Source: Candidatus Faecivicinus avistercoris (lineage in GTDB: Bacteria > Bacillota > Clostridia > Christensenellales > Aristaeellaceae). From it: a stretch of 64,000 nucleotides of DNA. The stretch is from assembly GCA_018716805.1 (NCBI GenBank), contig DVJL01000068.1, forward strand, positions 14,713 to 78,712. Direction: 5' to 3'. Both the position numbers and the translations under genes were made by a program. The notes under the pieces are model-generated. The model was given only the letters and a program-made list of their open reading frames with translations, did not search any database and was not told the origin of the DNA. Below, piece by piece: positions 9,935 to 19,031 of the stretch. Positions within the stretch are counted from its first letter, which is position 1. Each line of letters starts with the position of its first letter.

Positions 9935-10095
9935 CGCCCTCGCCTCCCGCATTTCCTGATAATGTATAGACCCCTACATTATATATTATAACATTTTCGC
10001 CGCGCCTTCGCAAGTCCCTACGGGAGATGAAGCTCGTTCTCCGCCTACAAAAAGCCTCTCCGTTTGGAGAGGCTTCGCGAAGTCATTGCGAGGTT

Positions 10096-11904
10096 CTATT
10101 CCACCATCCCGCCGGCGCTCTTGGCCTGCGTGGTGTAGAGCTGGTAGTACAGGCCGTGCTTGGCCATCAGCTCGTCGTGACTGCCGGACTCGAGGATGCC
10201 CTTGTTGCCAATGTAGAGAATGCGGTCGCAATTCTTGATCGTGCTCAGGCGGTGCGCGATGATGAAGCTGGTGCGGCCCTTCAGGATCTCCTGAATGCCC
10301 TCCTGCAGGAGCTTCTCGGTCTGGGTGTCGATGCAGGAGGTGGCCTCGTCGAGGATGAGGATCGAGGGATCGCTCAGCAGCGTGCGCGCCAGCGCGATCA
10401 GCTGCTTCTGGCCCTGCGAGAGGTTGCCGCCGCGCTCGTTGACGGTCGTCTCATAGCCGCCGCGCATGGTGCGGATGAAGTCGTCGGCGCGGACGCGGCG
10501 CGCGGCCTCGCGGACCTCGTCGTCGGTGGCGTCGAGCCGGCCGTAGCGGATGTTGTCCATCAGCGTGCCGCTGAAGATGAAGCTGTCCTGAAGCATGATG
10601 CCCAGCTGGCTGCGCAGGCTGTGGAGCGTGACCTCGTGGATGTCATGGGCCTTGCCGTCCTTCCCGTGCAACAGGATGCGCCCGCCGTTGAGATTGTAGA
10701 AGCGGCACAGCAGGTTGATGACGGTGCTCTTGCCCGCGCCGGTCGGGCCGACGAGCGCGATGCTCTCGCCGGCGCGCACGTGCAGGTTAACGTGCTCCAA
10801 GATGTTGATGCCCTCCTCGTAGGCGAAGGTGACATTCTCAAAGTCCACCTCGCCGGTGATGGGCGGCAGTTCTTCGGCGCCGGGGACGTCGTCGACCTCG
10901 ACCGGCTCGTCCATCGTCTCAAAGATGCGCTCCAGATAGGCGATGTTGTTGATGAAGGAATTGTAGATGTTGGCGAGGTTCGTGATCGGCTGCCAGAAGC
11001 GGCTGACGTACTGGCTCATGGCGAGGATCACGCCGAAGCTGACCATCTCGCCGCCGGCCATCCAGTAGACGCCGGCGATGTAGAGGAACGTCAGCACGAC
11101 CTGCGTCAGGATCTCGCTGGAGAGCCAGACGCCGTTGCTGATGTAGATCGCCTTGATCCACGCGGCGCGGCAGGCCGACGCGAGCCGCTTCATGATGCCG
11201 ATGTTGACCTCCTGCCGGTTGAACAGCTGGCTGACGCGCACGCCGTCGATCGACTCGGCCAGATAGGCGTTGTAGTTGCTGTTCTTGTTGCTCTGGTTCT
11301 GCCACGCGCGGCGCTGGCGCGGCTTGAGCAGGAGCACCACCGCCAGGAAAAACGGCAGGCCGCCCAGGATGATCGTCGCCAGCAGCGCGTCGGTCGAGTA
11401 CATGAAGATCACGATGAACACGAGGCTCATGATCTCCAGGATCATGTTGATGATGCCGTTGGACAGGATGTCGGACACGGAGTTGACGTAGTTGATCACG
11501 CGCACGAGGATCTTGCCCGCCGGACGGCTGTCGTAATAGCTGAACGGCAGCTTCTGCAGATGCGCAAACAGGTCCTTTCGGATGTCGTAGATGATCTCCT
11601 GGCTGACGTGCGCCATGAGCCGCGAGCGGATCGTCGTGAACACGATGCTCAGCAGGATGATGCCCACGAAGATCGCCGCCATCCGGCCGATCATGGCGAC
11701 GTCCTTGTTCGGCACGGCGTCGTCGAGCACCCATTCGGTGATCTTCGGGATGAACAGCGTGGCGACCGTCGCCAGCGCGCTCAGCGCGAGCGACAGGAGC
11801 ATCTTGCCCTTGTGGCGGCCGATGTACACGCCGGCGCGCTTCAGGTGCTTCCATTGAAAGGGGGATTCCAGCTTCTCGTCGACTTCAAACGTATTGCGCG
11901 CCAT
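10096..11904 (-). CDS. ABC exporter half-transporter (TMD-NBD), subunit with non-canonical LSQGQ signature
   Basis: Walker A GPTGAGKST, signature LSQGQKQ, Walker B ILILDEATS, and a 6-TM N-terminal domain. Confidence 0.95.
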   Translation of the reverse strand: MARNTFEVDEKLESPFQWKHLKRAGVYIGRHKGKMLLSLALSALATVATLFIPKITEWVLDDAVPNKDVAMIGRMAAIFVGIILLSIVFTTIRSRLMAHVSQEIIYDIRKDLFAHLQKLPFSYYDSRPAGKILVRVINYVNSVSDILSNGIINMILEIMSLVFIVIFMYSTDALLATIILGGLPFFLAVVLLLKPRQRRAWQNQSNKNSNYNAYLAESIDGVRVSQLFNRQEVNIGIMKRLASACRAAWIKAIYISNGVWLSSEILTQVVLTFLYIAGVYWMAGGEMVSFGVILAMSQYVSRFWQPITNLANIYNSFINNIAYLERIFETMDEPVEVDDVPGAEELPPITGEVDFENVTFAYEEGINILEHVNLHVRAGESIALVGPTGAGKSTVINLLCRFYNLNGGRILLHGKDGKAHDIHEVTLHSLRSQLGIMLQDSFIFSGTLMDNIRYGRLDATDDEVREAARRVRADDFIRTMRGGYETTVNERGGNLSQGQKQLIALARTLLSDPSILILDEATSCIDTQTEKLLQEGIQEILKGRTSFIIAHRLSTIKNCDRILYIGNKGILESGSHDELMAKHGLYYQLYTTQAKSAGGMVE

Positions 11905-11905
11905 C

Positions 11906-13648
11906 CTAGCCCACCTCCCCGGCGGAAAGTCCGTTCTGCAAAGCGTAGGTCTGGTAGTAGTAGCCGCGCTGGCGCACCAGCTCGTCGTGCGTGCCGCGCT
12001 CGGCGATGCGGCCGTCCTTGAGCACGAGGATCAGATCGGCGTCGATCATGGAGGACACACGCTGTGCGATGATGAACTTCGTGCAGGGGAAGGGCAGCTC
12101 GCGCAGCTGCTGCTGGATGTATTCCTCCGTCTCGCTGTCGACGGCGGAGGTCGTGTCGTCCATGACGAGGATGCTCGGCCGGATGGCGAGCGCGCGGGCG
12201 AGCGCAACGCGCTGGCGCTGGCCGCCGGACAGGCCGACGCCGCGCTCGCCGATGATCGTGTCGTAGCCGTCGGACAGCCGGCCGATGAACTCGTCCGCCG
12301 CGGCGCGCCGGGAGAAGTCGCGCACCTCGTCGAGCGTCAGGTCCTGATCGCCGAAGGCGACGTTGCCCTCGACCGTGTCCGAGAACAGAAAGACCTCCTG
12401 CGTCGCGGTGCCGATGCCGCCGCGCAGCTGCTGAAGTTTCCACTTGCGGACATCGCAACCGTCCACGTAGATCGCACCGTCCGAGACATCGTAGAACCGA
12501 AACAGCAGGTTGATGAGGGTCGTCTTGCCGCTGCCCGTCGGGCCCATGACCGCCACAGTCTGCCCCGGCTGGACGGAGAAGGTCACGTCGTCGAGCACCT
12601 GCTTGTTGTCAAACCGGAAGCTCACGTGCCGGAACTCGATGGCGCCCTCCATCCGGGCGTGGTCGACGGCGTCCGGCGCATCGACGATGTGCGGCTTGAT
12701 GTAGTACAGCTCCTGGATCTTCGCCGCCGAGGTCGAAAAGCGCTGCAGGTCGTTGAGCAGGTTGCCCAGCTCGCGCATCGGGTTGGACAGCGCCCAGCTC
12801 AGGCTGGTGAACACCGCCAGCTCGCCCGGCGTCATCTGGCCCCAGATGATGAACAGCCCGCCGACGAACACGGTGATCAGCATCATCGCGTTGGCCAGCA
12901 GCTCGATGAACGGATAGAACTTCAGCCACAGCTCGTTGATGCGCAGGTTGCTCTGCATAAACGCCGCATTGCGCTCGTCGAACTGCTTCTTTTCATACTC
13001 TTCGCGCGCGAACGCCTTGACCACGCGGTTGCCCGCGATGTTCTCCTGCGCGGCGGTGTTCATCTCGGCCAGCCGGTCGCGCATGGCGACGAAGCGCGGG
13101 CGCACGCGGCTGGAGTAGAGCTTCGTAATCATCATCAGAATCGGCGTCACGACGACCAGCAGAAGCGTCAGCCGCCAGTTCACGACGAGCAGGTAAATGC
13201 AAGTGAACAGGAAGATGCAGGCGCTGTCGATCACGCGGTAGTCGATGTAGCCGACGAAATGGCGGCACCAGTCCAAGTCGGCGGACATGCGGGTCATCAG
13301 GTCGCCGGCCCGGTGCTGGTCAAAGAAGCGGATGTCGTTGTACTGCAGCTTGGCAAACAGCTTCATGCGCAGGTTGTAGACCACGTTCTGCGAGTTCTTC
13401 TCCAGCGTGACGATCATGAAGTAGCGCGCGCCCTCCCGCCCGAGCTTGACCACCAGCATCACGGCGAGGATGCCCAGCAGCGGCTCCGGGTTCTGCGCCA
13501 TGAGCACGTCGTCCACCAGTCGCTGCGTCAGCGCGGGGTTGACCAGCAAAAGCGCGCTGGTCACCACGCTGATGACCAGCGCCAGGATGTGTCGCCAGTG
13601 AAATCGGGCGTCCATGTTTTCCCAGAGCCACTTGATTTGGTTCCACAT
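11906..13648 (-). CDS. ABC exporter half-transporter (TMD-NBD), subunit with Walker-B Asp-Asp (degenerate-site partner)
   Basis: Walker A GPTGSGKTT, signature LSGGQRQR, Walker B ILVMDDTTS. Start at ATG 13648 (AGGAG 10 nt upstream). Its stop abuts the next gene's start. Confidence 0.95.
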   Translation of the reverse strand: MWNQIKWLWENMDARFHWRHILALVISVVTSALLLVNPALTQRLVDDVLMAQNPEPLLGILAVMLVVKLGREGARYFMIVTLEKNSQNVVYNLRMKLFAKLQYNDIRFFDQHRAGDLMTRMSADLDWCRHFVGYIDYRVIDSACIFLFTCIYLLVVNWRLTLLLVVVTPILMMITKLYSSRVRPRFVAMRDRLAEMNTAAQENIAGNRVVKAFAREEYEKKQFDERNAAFMQSNLRINELWLKFYPFIELLANAMMLITVFVGGLFIIWGQMTPGELAVFTSLSWALSNPMRELGNLLNDLQRFSTSAAKIQELYYIKPHIVDAPDAVDHARMEGAIEFRHVSFRFDNKQVLDDVTFSVQPGQTVAVMGPTGSGKTTLINLLFRFYDVSDGAIYVDGCDVRKWKLQQLRGGIGTATQEVFLFSDTVEGNVAFGDQDLTLDEVRDFSRRAAADEFIGRLSDGYDTIIGERGVGLSGGQRQRVALARALAIRPSILVMDDTTSAVDSETEEYIQQQLRELPFPCTKFIIAQRVSSMIDADLILVLKDGRIAERGTHDELVRQRGYYYQTYALQNGLSAGEVG

Positions 13649-13717
13649 AGATGAATCGCTCCTGTTCTCCTCGCGGGTCGGTTGCAAAAAAGTCATTGCG
13701 ATTTGCCGCTTTGGCCC

Positions 13718-13746
13718 TTGTATCATATCACATTTGCCTGTATACT
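13718..13746 (+). promoter_or_regulatory. putative sigma-A promoter of the AraC gene
   Basis: TTGTAT-17 nt-TATACT in the AT-rich divergent region between the ABC operon and the AraC gene. Confidence 0.4.
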
Positions 13747-13794
13747 TTCAGATAGAACGACAAGAAATTCAGACAAAAGATGGGGTTTTGAAAA

Positions 13795-14667
13795 ATGCAG
13801 CCAACCCTTCAGCACATGACGGAAGAATGCCTGATCTTCCCGTACAACCGCCTGACGGGGCTCTATCATCTGCACACTTCCTTTGAAATCCTGGCGCCGA
13901 AGCGCGGCACGGTACAGGCCCGGCTGGACGACCGGATCTGCGCGGTAGAGCCGGGAAACCTGCTGGTGATCTTTCCCGGCGTCGCCCACTGCTACGCGCC
14001 CGAATCCGGCACGGAGGGCACGATGCTGATCTTTTCGGCGCAGATGCTGGCCGACTTTGAGGAAAACTGGACGGAAATGCTGCCCGCCCGGCCCATCGTG
14101 CGCATGGACGCGCTGCACCGCGACGTGCGCTACTGCATGGAGCGGCTGGACGCCATGGCCGCCTCGGGCCGGATCGACGTGCCGCTCGCGCGCGCCTACC
14201 TCTCCCTGATGTTCATCTGGCTGATCCCCGCGCTCGCGCCGGAGGAATCGGCCACGCAGGGCACGCGGGACGTGTTGTACCGCGCGATGGCGTACATGAG
14301 CCAGAACTACAAGCTGCCGCTCGACATCCGCGGCACGGCGCGCGCGCTGGGCGTGAACACCTACTATCTTTCGCACATCCTCAACGAGCGGCTGCACATG
14401 AGCTTTCGCGCCTATCTCAACGCGCTGCGCATCGACCGCGCGCGGCGATACCTGCGCATGACCTCGCGGCCCATCGAGGAAATCGCCGCCGCGTGCGGCT
14501 TTGCGAACCTGCGCACCTTCGACCGCGTGTTCTTCGAGCGCTGCGGCTGCACGCCCCGCGACTTCCGCAAATCCGTCGCGCAGCTGCGCCGCGAGGAGCA
14601 GGCGCGCCGGGCGCTCGCCCCGGATGCAGATCCCGCTGCGCGCGAAAGGGAAGATGCGCCGCAATAG
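13795..14667 (+). CDS. AraC-family transcriptional regulator (cupin + HTH)
   Basis: C-terminal AraC HTH (YYLSHILNERLHMSFRAYLNALRIDRARRYL...GFANLRTFDRVF). Divergent from the ABC pair. Confidence 0.9.
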   Translation: MQPTLQHMTEECLIFPYNRLTGLYHLHTSFEILAPKRGTVQARLDDRICAVEPGNLLVIFPGVAHCYAPESGTEGTMLIFSAQMLADFEENWTEMLPARPIVRMDALHRDVRYCMERLDAMAASGRIDVPLARAYLSLMFIWLIPALAPEESATQGTRDVLYRAMAYMSQNYKLPLDIRGTARALGVNTYYLSHILNERLHMSFRAYLNALRIDRARRYLRMTSRPIEEIAAACGFANLRTFDRVFFERCGCTPRDFRKSVAQLRREEQARRALAPDADPAAREREDAPQ

Positions 14668-14777
14668 ACTGCGAGCAGGCGAATGGCGAGCTGCGCGGAT
14701 TCCGAGGGCCGATTCTTCGCCGGACTTCGGGCAGCACAAACGCGCGCCCAACGACGATCTTCATGGAGGAATGTGAA

Positions 14778-14951
14778 ATGGTCAAGACCGTATTGATCGA
14801 AGAAATCACGGCTGAGAACGCAGCGGAGAAGATCAACGACAAGGTGATTGAGATGGAAAGAGAAGGCTATCAAATCAAGACAATGTCGTTCTGGGGAACA
14901 GATAAAGCGGTGCTGATTTTCAAAAAGGGCCTGAAGGGCAGCCTGCTCTGA
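14778..14951 (+). CDS. hypothetical small protein (57 aa)
   Basis: ATG 14778 with GGAGGA 7 nt upstream. Sequence MVKTVLIEEITAENAAEKINDKVIEMEREGYQIKTMSFWGTDKAVLIFKKGLKGSLL. Sits in a locally lower-GC pocket. No family recognised. Confidence 0.5.
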   Translation: MVKTVLIEEITAENAAEKINDKVIEMEREGYQIKTMSFWGTDKAVLIFKKGLKGSLL

Positions 14952-15057
14952 GTGCCGCCAGCTCCATCGCTCATTTTTGCCGTCCGCGATTTGCGACAGG
15001 GCAAACGCCTTCCACGAACCGGCCCGCCGTGCAAGCGGAGGGTACAAGTGCGCAAAT

Positions 15058-15084
15058 CCCCCGCACGATCCATTCGTGCGGGGG
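15058..15084. terminator. 11-bp hairpin between convergent genes
   Basis: CCCCCGCACGA-tccat-TCGTGCGGGGG. Flanking U tracts are weak on both strands. Confidence 0.5.
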
Positions 15085-15108
15085 AAATGATTGACGGCGC
15101 GATTCACA

Positions 15109-15972
15109 TCACGGCGCGCCGGCCTCCGTCTCGCGGATGCCCTCTTCAAACGAAAACCTCCGGTAATCGCCGGGATAGTCCGGCGCGGCGTCCGCATAGG
15201 CCATGTCGCCAAACGCGCGGCGCACGAGGCCGTGCCCGCCCGTCCACCGCACCAGCGGCGCGAGCGCCCGGCTGAAGCGCATTCGCCGGCCGTGCGCACT
15301 GCAGACGGCGCGCACGATCGACGACGTCGACTGAGGCCGGCCGTCGCGCGGATGAAAGGTGCCCTCCGCCCCGTCGAGCGCAGCCCGGCGGACCAGCTCG
15401 GCCAGGTTGCCAACGTAGAGCGCGCTTCGCCGGTTGTCGAATTCCGGGAACACCGGCAATCTCTGCGCCAGCCGCACCAGCGCGTTGTAGTTGCCCTTGC
15501 AGCCGCGCCCGTAGACCATCGGCAGCCGCAGGATCGCCACGCGGAAGCCATCGCCCGCCAGACCGCGCAGCGCGTTCTCCGCGTCGAGCTTGCTCTGCCC
15601 ATAGGCGTTTGCGGGCGCGGGAGCCGTCTCAGGGCCGATCTCCCAGCGCACGCCGGCGGGCGAAGCCTCGCCGAACACAATGATGCTCGACAGGAAGATG
15701 AACTGCCCGACGCCGCTTGCCTTCGCGCGCGCGGCCAGATCCGCGGTCAGCCGGTGGTTGACCGCGTCGTACTGCGCATCCAGCGAGCCGTCCGCCCGAA
15801 CGTGCGCAATCCCCGCCGCGTGCAGCACGCAGTCGTACCGGGAAAAGTCGATCTCCCGCCATGCGCCGTCGCGCACGCCCGCCATCCCGGCCTCCACGGC
15901 CGGATCGCCCTCCAGCCGCGCGCGCACCGCGTTTCCAATAAAGCTGTGCGCCCCCGTAATCAGCATTCGCAT
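15109..15972 (-). CDS. NAD-dependent epimerase/dehydratase (extended SDR)
   Basis: N-terminal ITGAHSFIG (GxxGxxG) and catalytic YGQSK (YxxxK). Confidence 0.88.
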   Translation of the reverse strand: MRMLITGAHSFIGNAVRARLEGDPAVEAGMAGVRDGAWREIDFSRYDCVLHAAGIAHVRADGSLDAQYDAVNHRLTADLAARAKASGVGQFIFLSSIIVFGEASPAGVRWEIGPETAPAPANAYGQSKLDAENALRGLAGDGFRVAILRLPMVYGRGCKGNYNALVRLAQRLPVFPEFDNRRSALYVGNLAELVRRAALDGAEGTFHPRDGRPQSTSSIVRAVCSAHGRRMRFSRALAPLVRWTGGHGLVRRAFGDMAYADAAPDYPGDYRRFSFEEGIRETEAGAP

Positions 15973-16067
15973 CCTGCGCGCCCCCTCCGTCTGTCCAAGT
16001 GGAAGATTCTCTGCCGCCCGCCTTCGTTCGCAAAGCGCCTGACGCCCTCTTGCTCGGATTCACACCT

Positions 16068-17342
16068 TCACACGAGCTTCGCGCACGCGCGGGCGAGGTC
16101 GTTGAGCGTGCTGCACGGCACCATGTTGCAATAGCGCCGCAGCGCCGTCACGCCGCGCAGGTACGGCCACTTCGCCTCCGGGATCGGGTTCATCCAGACG
16201 ACCGAACCGGCCAGCTTCTGCGCGCGCATCAGCGCCGTCTCCGCGCGGCCGAGATCGACGGTCTTGGCGTCGCTCAGCACGATCAGCACCGTGGATGGCC
16301 CGAGCACGCTCGGATGCAGGCTCTCGATGAATTCCAGCGCGCGTCCGATGTTCGTGCCCTTGCCCCACACGCCCGAATGGCGGACGTAGTGGCCGAAGGC
16401 GTTCATGTTTTCCAACGCGAACGGGCTGACCTTCTGCACCGTCTCGGAGAACAGAAACACCTCCGAATGATCGGAGACGTCCGACATGGACTTGATGAAC
16501 CGGAGCGCGAATTCGGAAAACTGCAGCATCGAGGCGGACACGTCGCACAGCAGCACGATGCGCTTCTTTTTACGGCGCTTTTTGCGGTATTGCAGGTGCG
16601 CAAAGGCCCCGCCGGTGGAAAGGCCGGCGCGGATGGTGCGCTTGAAGTCGAGCGCGGCCGAGCGCCCCGCGGCGCGCCGGCGGGCGCTGACCTCGCCGTT
16701 GATCCGGCGCGTGACCTGATCGATCAGCTGGTAGGCGCGCGGGATCTCCTCGTCGCGGAAGTTGGAAATGTCGCGATAGAGCAGGTCGGCGTCGCTGTCC
16801 GCGCCGCGCGAGCCCTCGGCGGCGTCCTCCAGCATCATCTGCTGCTCCATCAGGCTGCGCATGAACACCGAGCGGATGAATCCCTCGTACAGGTCGGGCG
16901 ACCGCTTGAGGTTCTCGGAATAGCGCTCGAGGTACTTCTGCAGCTTGTCGCGCTCCTCTCGGGGCAGCTGGGCGTAGACCTCCTTCAGATCCTCGCGCAG
17001 GTCGATCGGCTTGCCGTTGAACTGAAGCTCCTCCTCCGCGCTGCGGCGCTGCTCCGAAGCGATGCGCTCGGCCTCGCGCTCCGCCTCGGCGTTTTTGCGA
17101 AACTCCTCCTCGGAGACGAAAAAACGGTCGAAGCACTCGCCGAACGCGCGCTGCTCCCGCGCGCTCTTCGCGCACAGCGCGCACAGCACGGCGCGCACCG
17201 TCTCGCGATCCTCAAAGCCCGTTAATTCCAGCGCACGCGCGCAGTCGAGCACCTCTGAAAGCCCCACGCGCATCCCCTGACGGCGCAGATAGTCCGCAAA
17301 CTGGCTGAGCTTACTGTACAAGGCATCGGATGAATTCGTCAT
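16068..17342 (-). CDS. VWA-domain protein, CoxE-like
   Basis: MIDAS motif LLCDVSASM (DxSxS), then ..LFSETV.. and ..LSDAKT... Overlaps the upstream MoxR stop by 32 nt. An alternative start at 17276 is possible. Confidence 0.88.
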   Translation of the reverse strand: MTNSSDALYSKLSQFADYLRRQGMRVGLSEVLDCARALELTGFEDRETVRAVLCALCAKSAREQRAFGECFDRFFVSEEEFRKNAEAEREAERIASEQRRSAEEELQFNGKPIDLREDLKEVYAQLPREERDKLQKYLERYSENLKRSPDLYEGFIRSVFMRSLMEQQMMLEDAAEGSRGADSDADLLYRDISNFRDEEIPRAYQLIDQVTRRINGEVSARRRAAGRSAALDFKRTIRAGLSTGGAFAHLQYRKKRRKKKRIVLLCDVSASMLQFSEFALRFIKSMSDVSDHSEVFLFSETVQKVSPFALENMNAFGHYVRHSGVWGKGTNIGRALEFIESLHPSVLGPSTVLIVLSDAKTVDLGRAETALMRAQKLAGSVVWMNPIPEAKWPYLRGVTALRRYCNMVPCSTLNDLARACAKLV

Positions 17343-18162
17343 CGGCCATGATCTCCTTGATGTCCTCGTGGTTCTTCAGCGCAAAGCCGATGGTCTGCTC
17401 GCAGGTCTCGTCGTCGAGCTCTGCGGCGCCCAGCGCGATGAGCGCGCTCGCCCAGTCGAGGCTCTCCGCGATGGACGGCTTCTTCAGCACGCGCTCGCTC
17501 TGCCTCAGGTACGCCACCGCGCGCGCGACCTGCTTCGCCAGCACGGCGTCCAGCCCCGGCAGCTTCGATTGCAGGATGCGCACCTCGCGCTCGACGTCCG
17601 GGTACTCGAGGTACATGTACGCACAGCGGCGGCGAAGCGCCTCGGACAGCGGCCGCGTGTGGTTGCTGGTCAGCACGATGAACGGCGTCGATTTCGCGCG
17701 GATCGTGCCGTATTCGGGAATCGTCACCTGCATCTCCGACAGCAGCTCCAGCAAAAACGCCTCGAACTCCGCGTCGGCCTTGTCGATCTCGTCGATTAAG
17801 AGCACCACCGGCTCCGCGCTGCGGATGGACTTCAGCAGCGGGCGCTCGAGCAGGTAGTCCTCGCCGAACAGGTCGGACATGCCCTGTGCGCCCATCTGGA
17901 TGGCCAGCAGCTGCTTTTGATAGTTCCACTCGTACAACGCCTTGGATTCGTCCAGACCCTCGTAGCACTGCATCCGCACCAGCTCGCGCCCGAGCGCCTT
18001 CGCCGCGACCTTCGCGACCTCCGTCTTGCCCACGCCCGCGGCGCCCTCGATCAGCAGCGGACGGCCCAGCTTCAGCGCGATCAGCAGCGTGACCGCCAGC
18101 GCGTCGTCCGCGATATAGCTCTCCTCCGCCATCCTCCGGCGGATCTCATTTAACCCTTCCAT
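17311..18162 (-). CDS. MoxR-family AAA+ ATPase, CoxD-like
   Basis: Walker A EGAAGVGKTE, Walker B VLLIDEIDKA. The 283-aa size is typical of MoxR. GGAGG RBS. Confidence 0.92.
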   Translation of the reverse strand: MEGLNEIRRRMAEESYIADDALAVTLLIALKLGRPLLIEGAAGVGKTEVAKVAAKALGRELVRMQCYEGLDESKALYEWNYQKQLLAIQMGAQGMSDLFGEDYLLERPLLKSIRSAEPVVLLIDEIDKADAEFEAFLLELLSEMQVTIPEYGTIRAKSTPFIVLTSNHTRPLSEALRRRCAYMYLEYPDVEREVRILQSKLPGLDAVLAKQVARAVAYLRQSERVLKKPSIAESLDWASALIALGAAELDDETCEQTIGFALKNHEDIKEIMADDEFIRCLVQ

Positions 18163-18262
18163 GCGGCGCCTCCTGCCCGTCGTTTTTTGTGTTTTCTATT
18201 TATATATACACAAAACGACCCGGTCCGACGCACGAACCGGATCATTTTTAACACGGATGGCC

Positions 18263-18643
18263 TCACTTCTCCACCACGGAGAGGATGCCCATCGGGCACG
18301 CCTTGGCGCAGATGCCGCAGGCGATGCACTTCGTGGCCGTGTCGCCCAGCGTCATGACCTTCATCGGGCAGGCGGCCACGCACTCGCCGCAGCCGGTGCA
18401 CAGCTTTTTGTTGATCATGTAGACGCCGGTCTTGGGGTTCTGGGAGATGGCGCCCTGCTTGCAGGTGCGCATGCACTTGCCGCACTGCACGCAGGTGTTG
18501 ACCTTTACCGTGCCGTTCTTGTCGACGATTTGAATGCAGGACTTGTCCGGATCAAAGACCTTGTAAAACGCTTCGGAGCACGCGCGGACACAGCTCAGGC
18601 ATGCCATGCACGGGGCTTCCTTGCTTACGACGAGCTTCTTCAT
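18263..18643 (-). CDS. polyferredoxin-like 4Fe-4S protein (four CxxCxxCxxxC motifs, 126 aa)
   Basis: CMACLSCVRAC, CVQCGKCMRTC, CTGCGECVAACP, CIACGICAKACP. GGAGG RBS before ATG 18643. Confidence 0.9.
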   Translation of the reverse strand: MKKLVVSKEAPCMACLSCVRACSEAFYKVFDPDKSCIQIVDKNGTVKVNTCVQCGKCMRTCKQGAISQNPKTGVYMINKKLCTGCGECVAACPMKVMTLGDTATKCIACGICAKACPMGILSVVEK

Positions 18644-18842
18644 TTTTCAACCTCCACACAGATGTCACCTCTTATTATACCCACATTTCCCCGGTTTGTA
18701 AATGCATATTGTTGAAAAAAGGGTTAATTTCAGGCTCTCATTTTTTGCAAAATCGCACGTTTGCATCGCACGATGCGTCAATTATTTACATAAAAACCAA
18801 AAAAGTTCAACTTCGGAAATGCCTCCCCCCGGGATTCGGGCA

Positions 18843-18871
18843 TTGACTTTAGCGCACGGGTTTGATAAAAT
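18843..18871 (+). promoter_or_regulatory. putative sigma-A promoter of acsA-acsB
   Basis: TTGACT-17 nt-TAAAAT with TGn extended -10. This leaves a roughly 155-nt 5' UTR before the TTG start at 19032. Confidence 0.55.
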
Positions 18872-19031
18872 GATAGTACCCAAGGGCAAGCGCCGGCGCC
18901 GTGGACGGCCGCGCCCCGTTTGGGTGCGTTTATATGCCCTTTAATGAGGGTATCTATGTGCGTCCAGATCCATCATCGTTCCACGGACCGAAGTCATTGT
19001 TCACCAAATCAAGCTTTGGGAGGAAGTCACA

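Noticed and set aside
10027-13654. Plus-strand ORFs of 664 aa and 586 aa opposite the first ABC exporter pair; similar ORFs lie opposite the second pair at 48157..51566
   Set aside because: They are antisense to genes with complete Walker A, signature and Walker B motifs and carry no features of their own.
16068-18162. MoxR-VWA pair considered as an anti-phage defence module
   Set aside because: No associated nuclease, protease, effector or other defence-island genes are adjacent. The pair has the ordinary CoxD/CoxE-like chaperone architecture. Only the genomic context next to CODH/ACS is notable.
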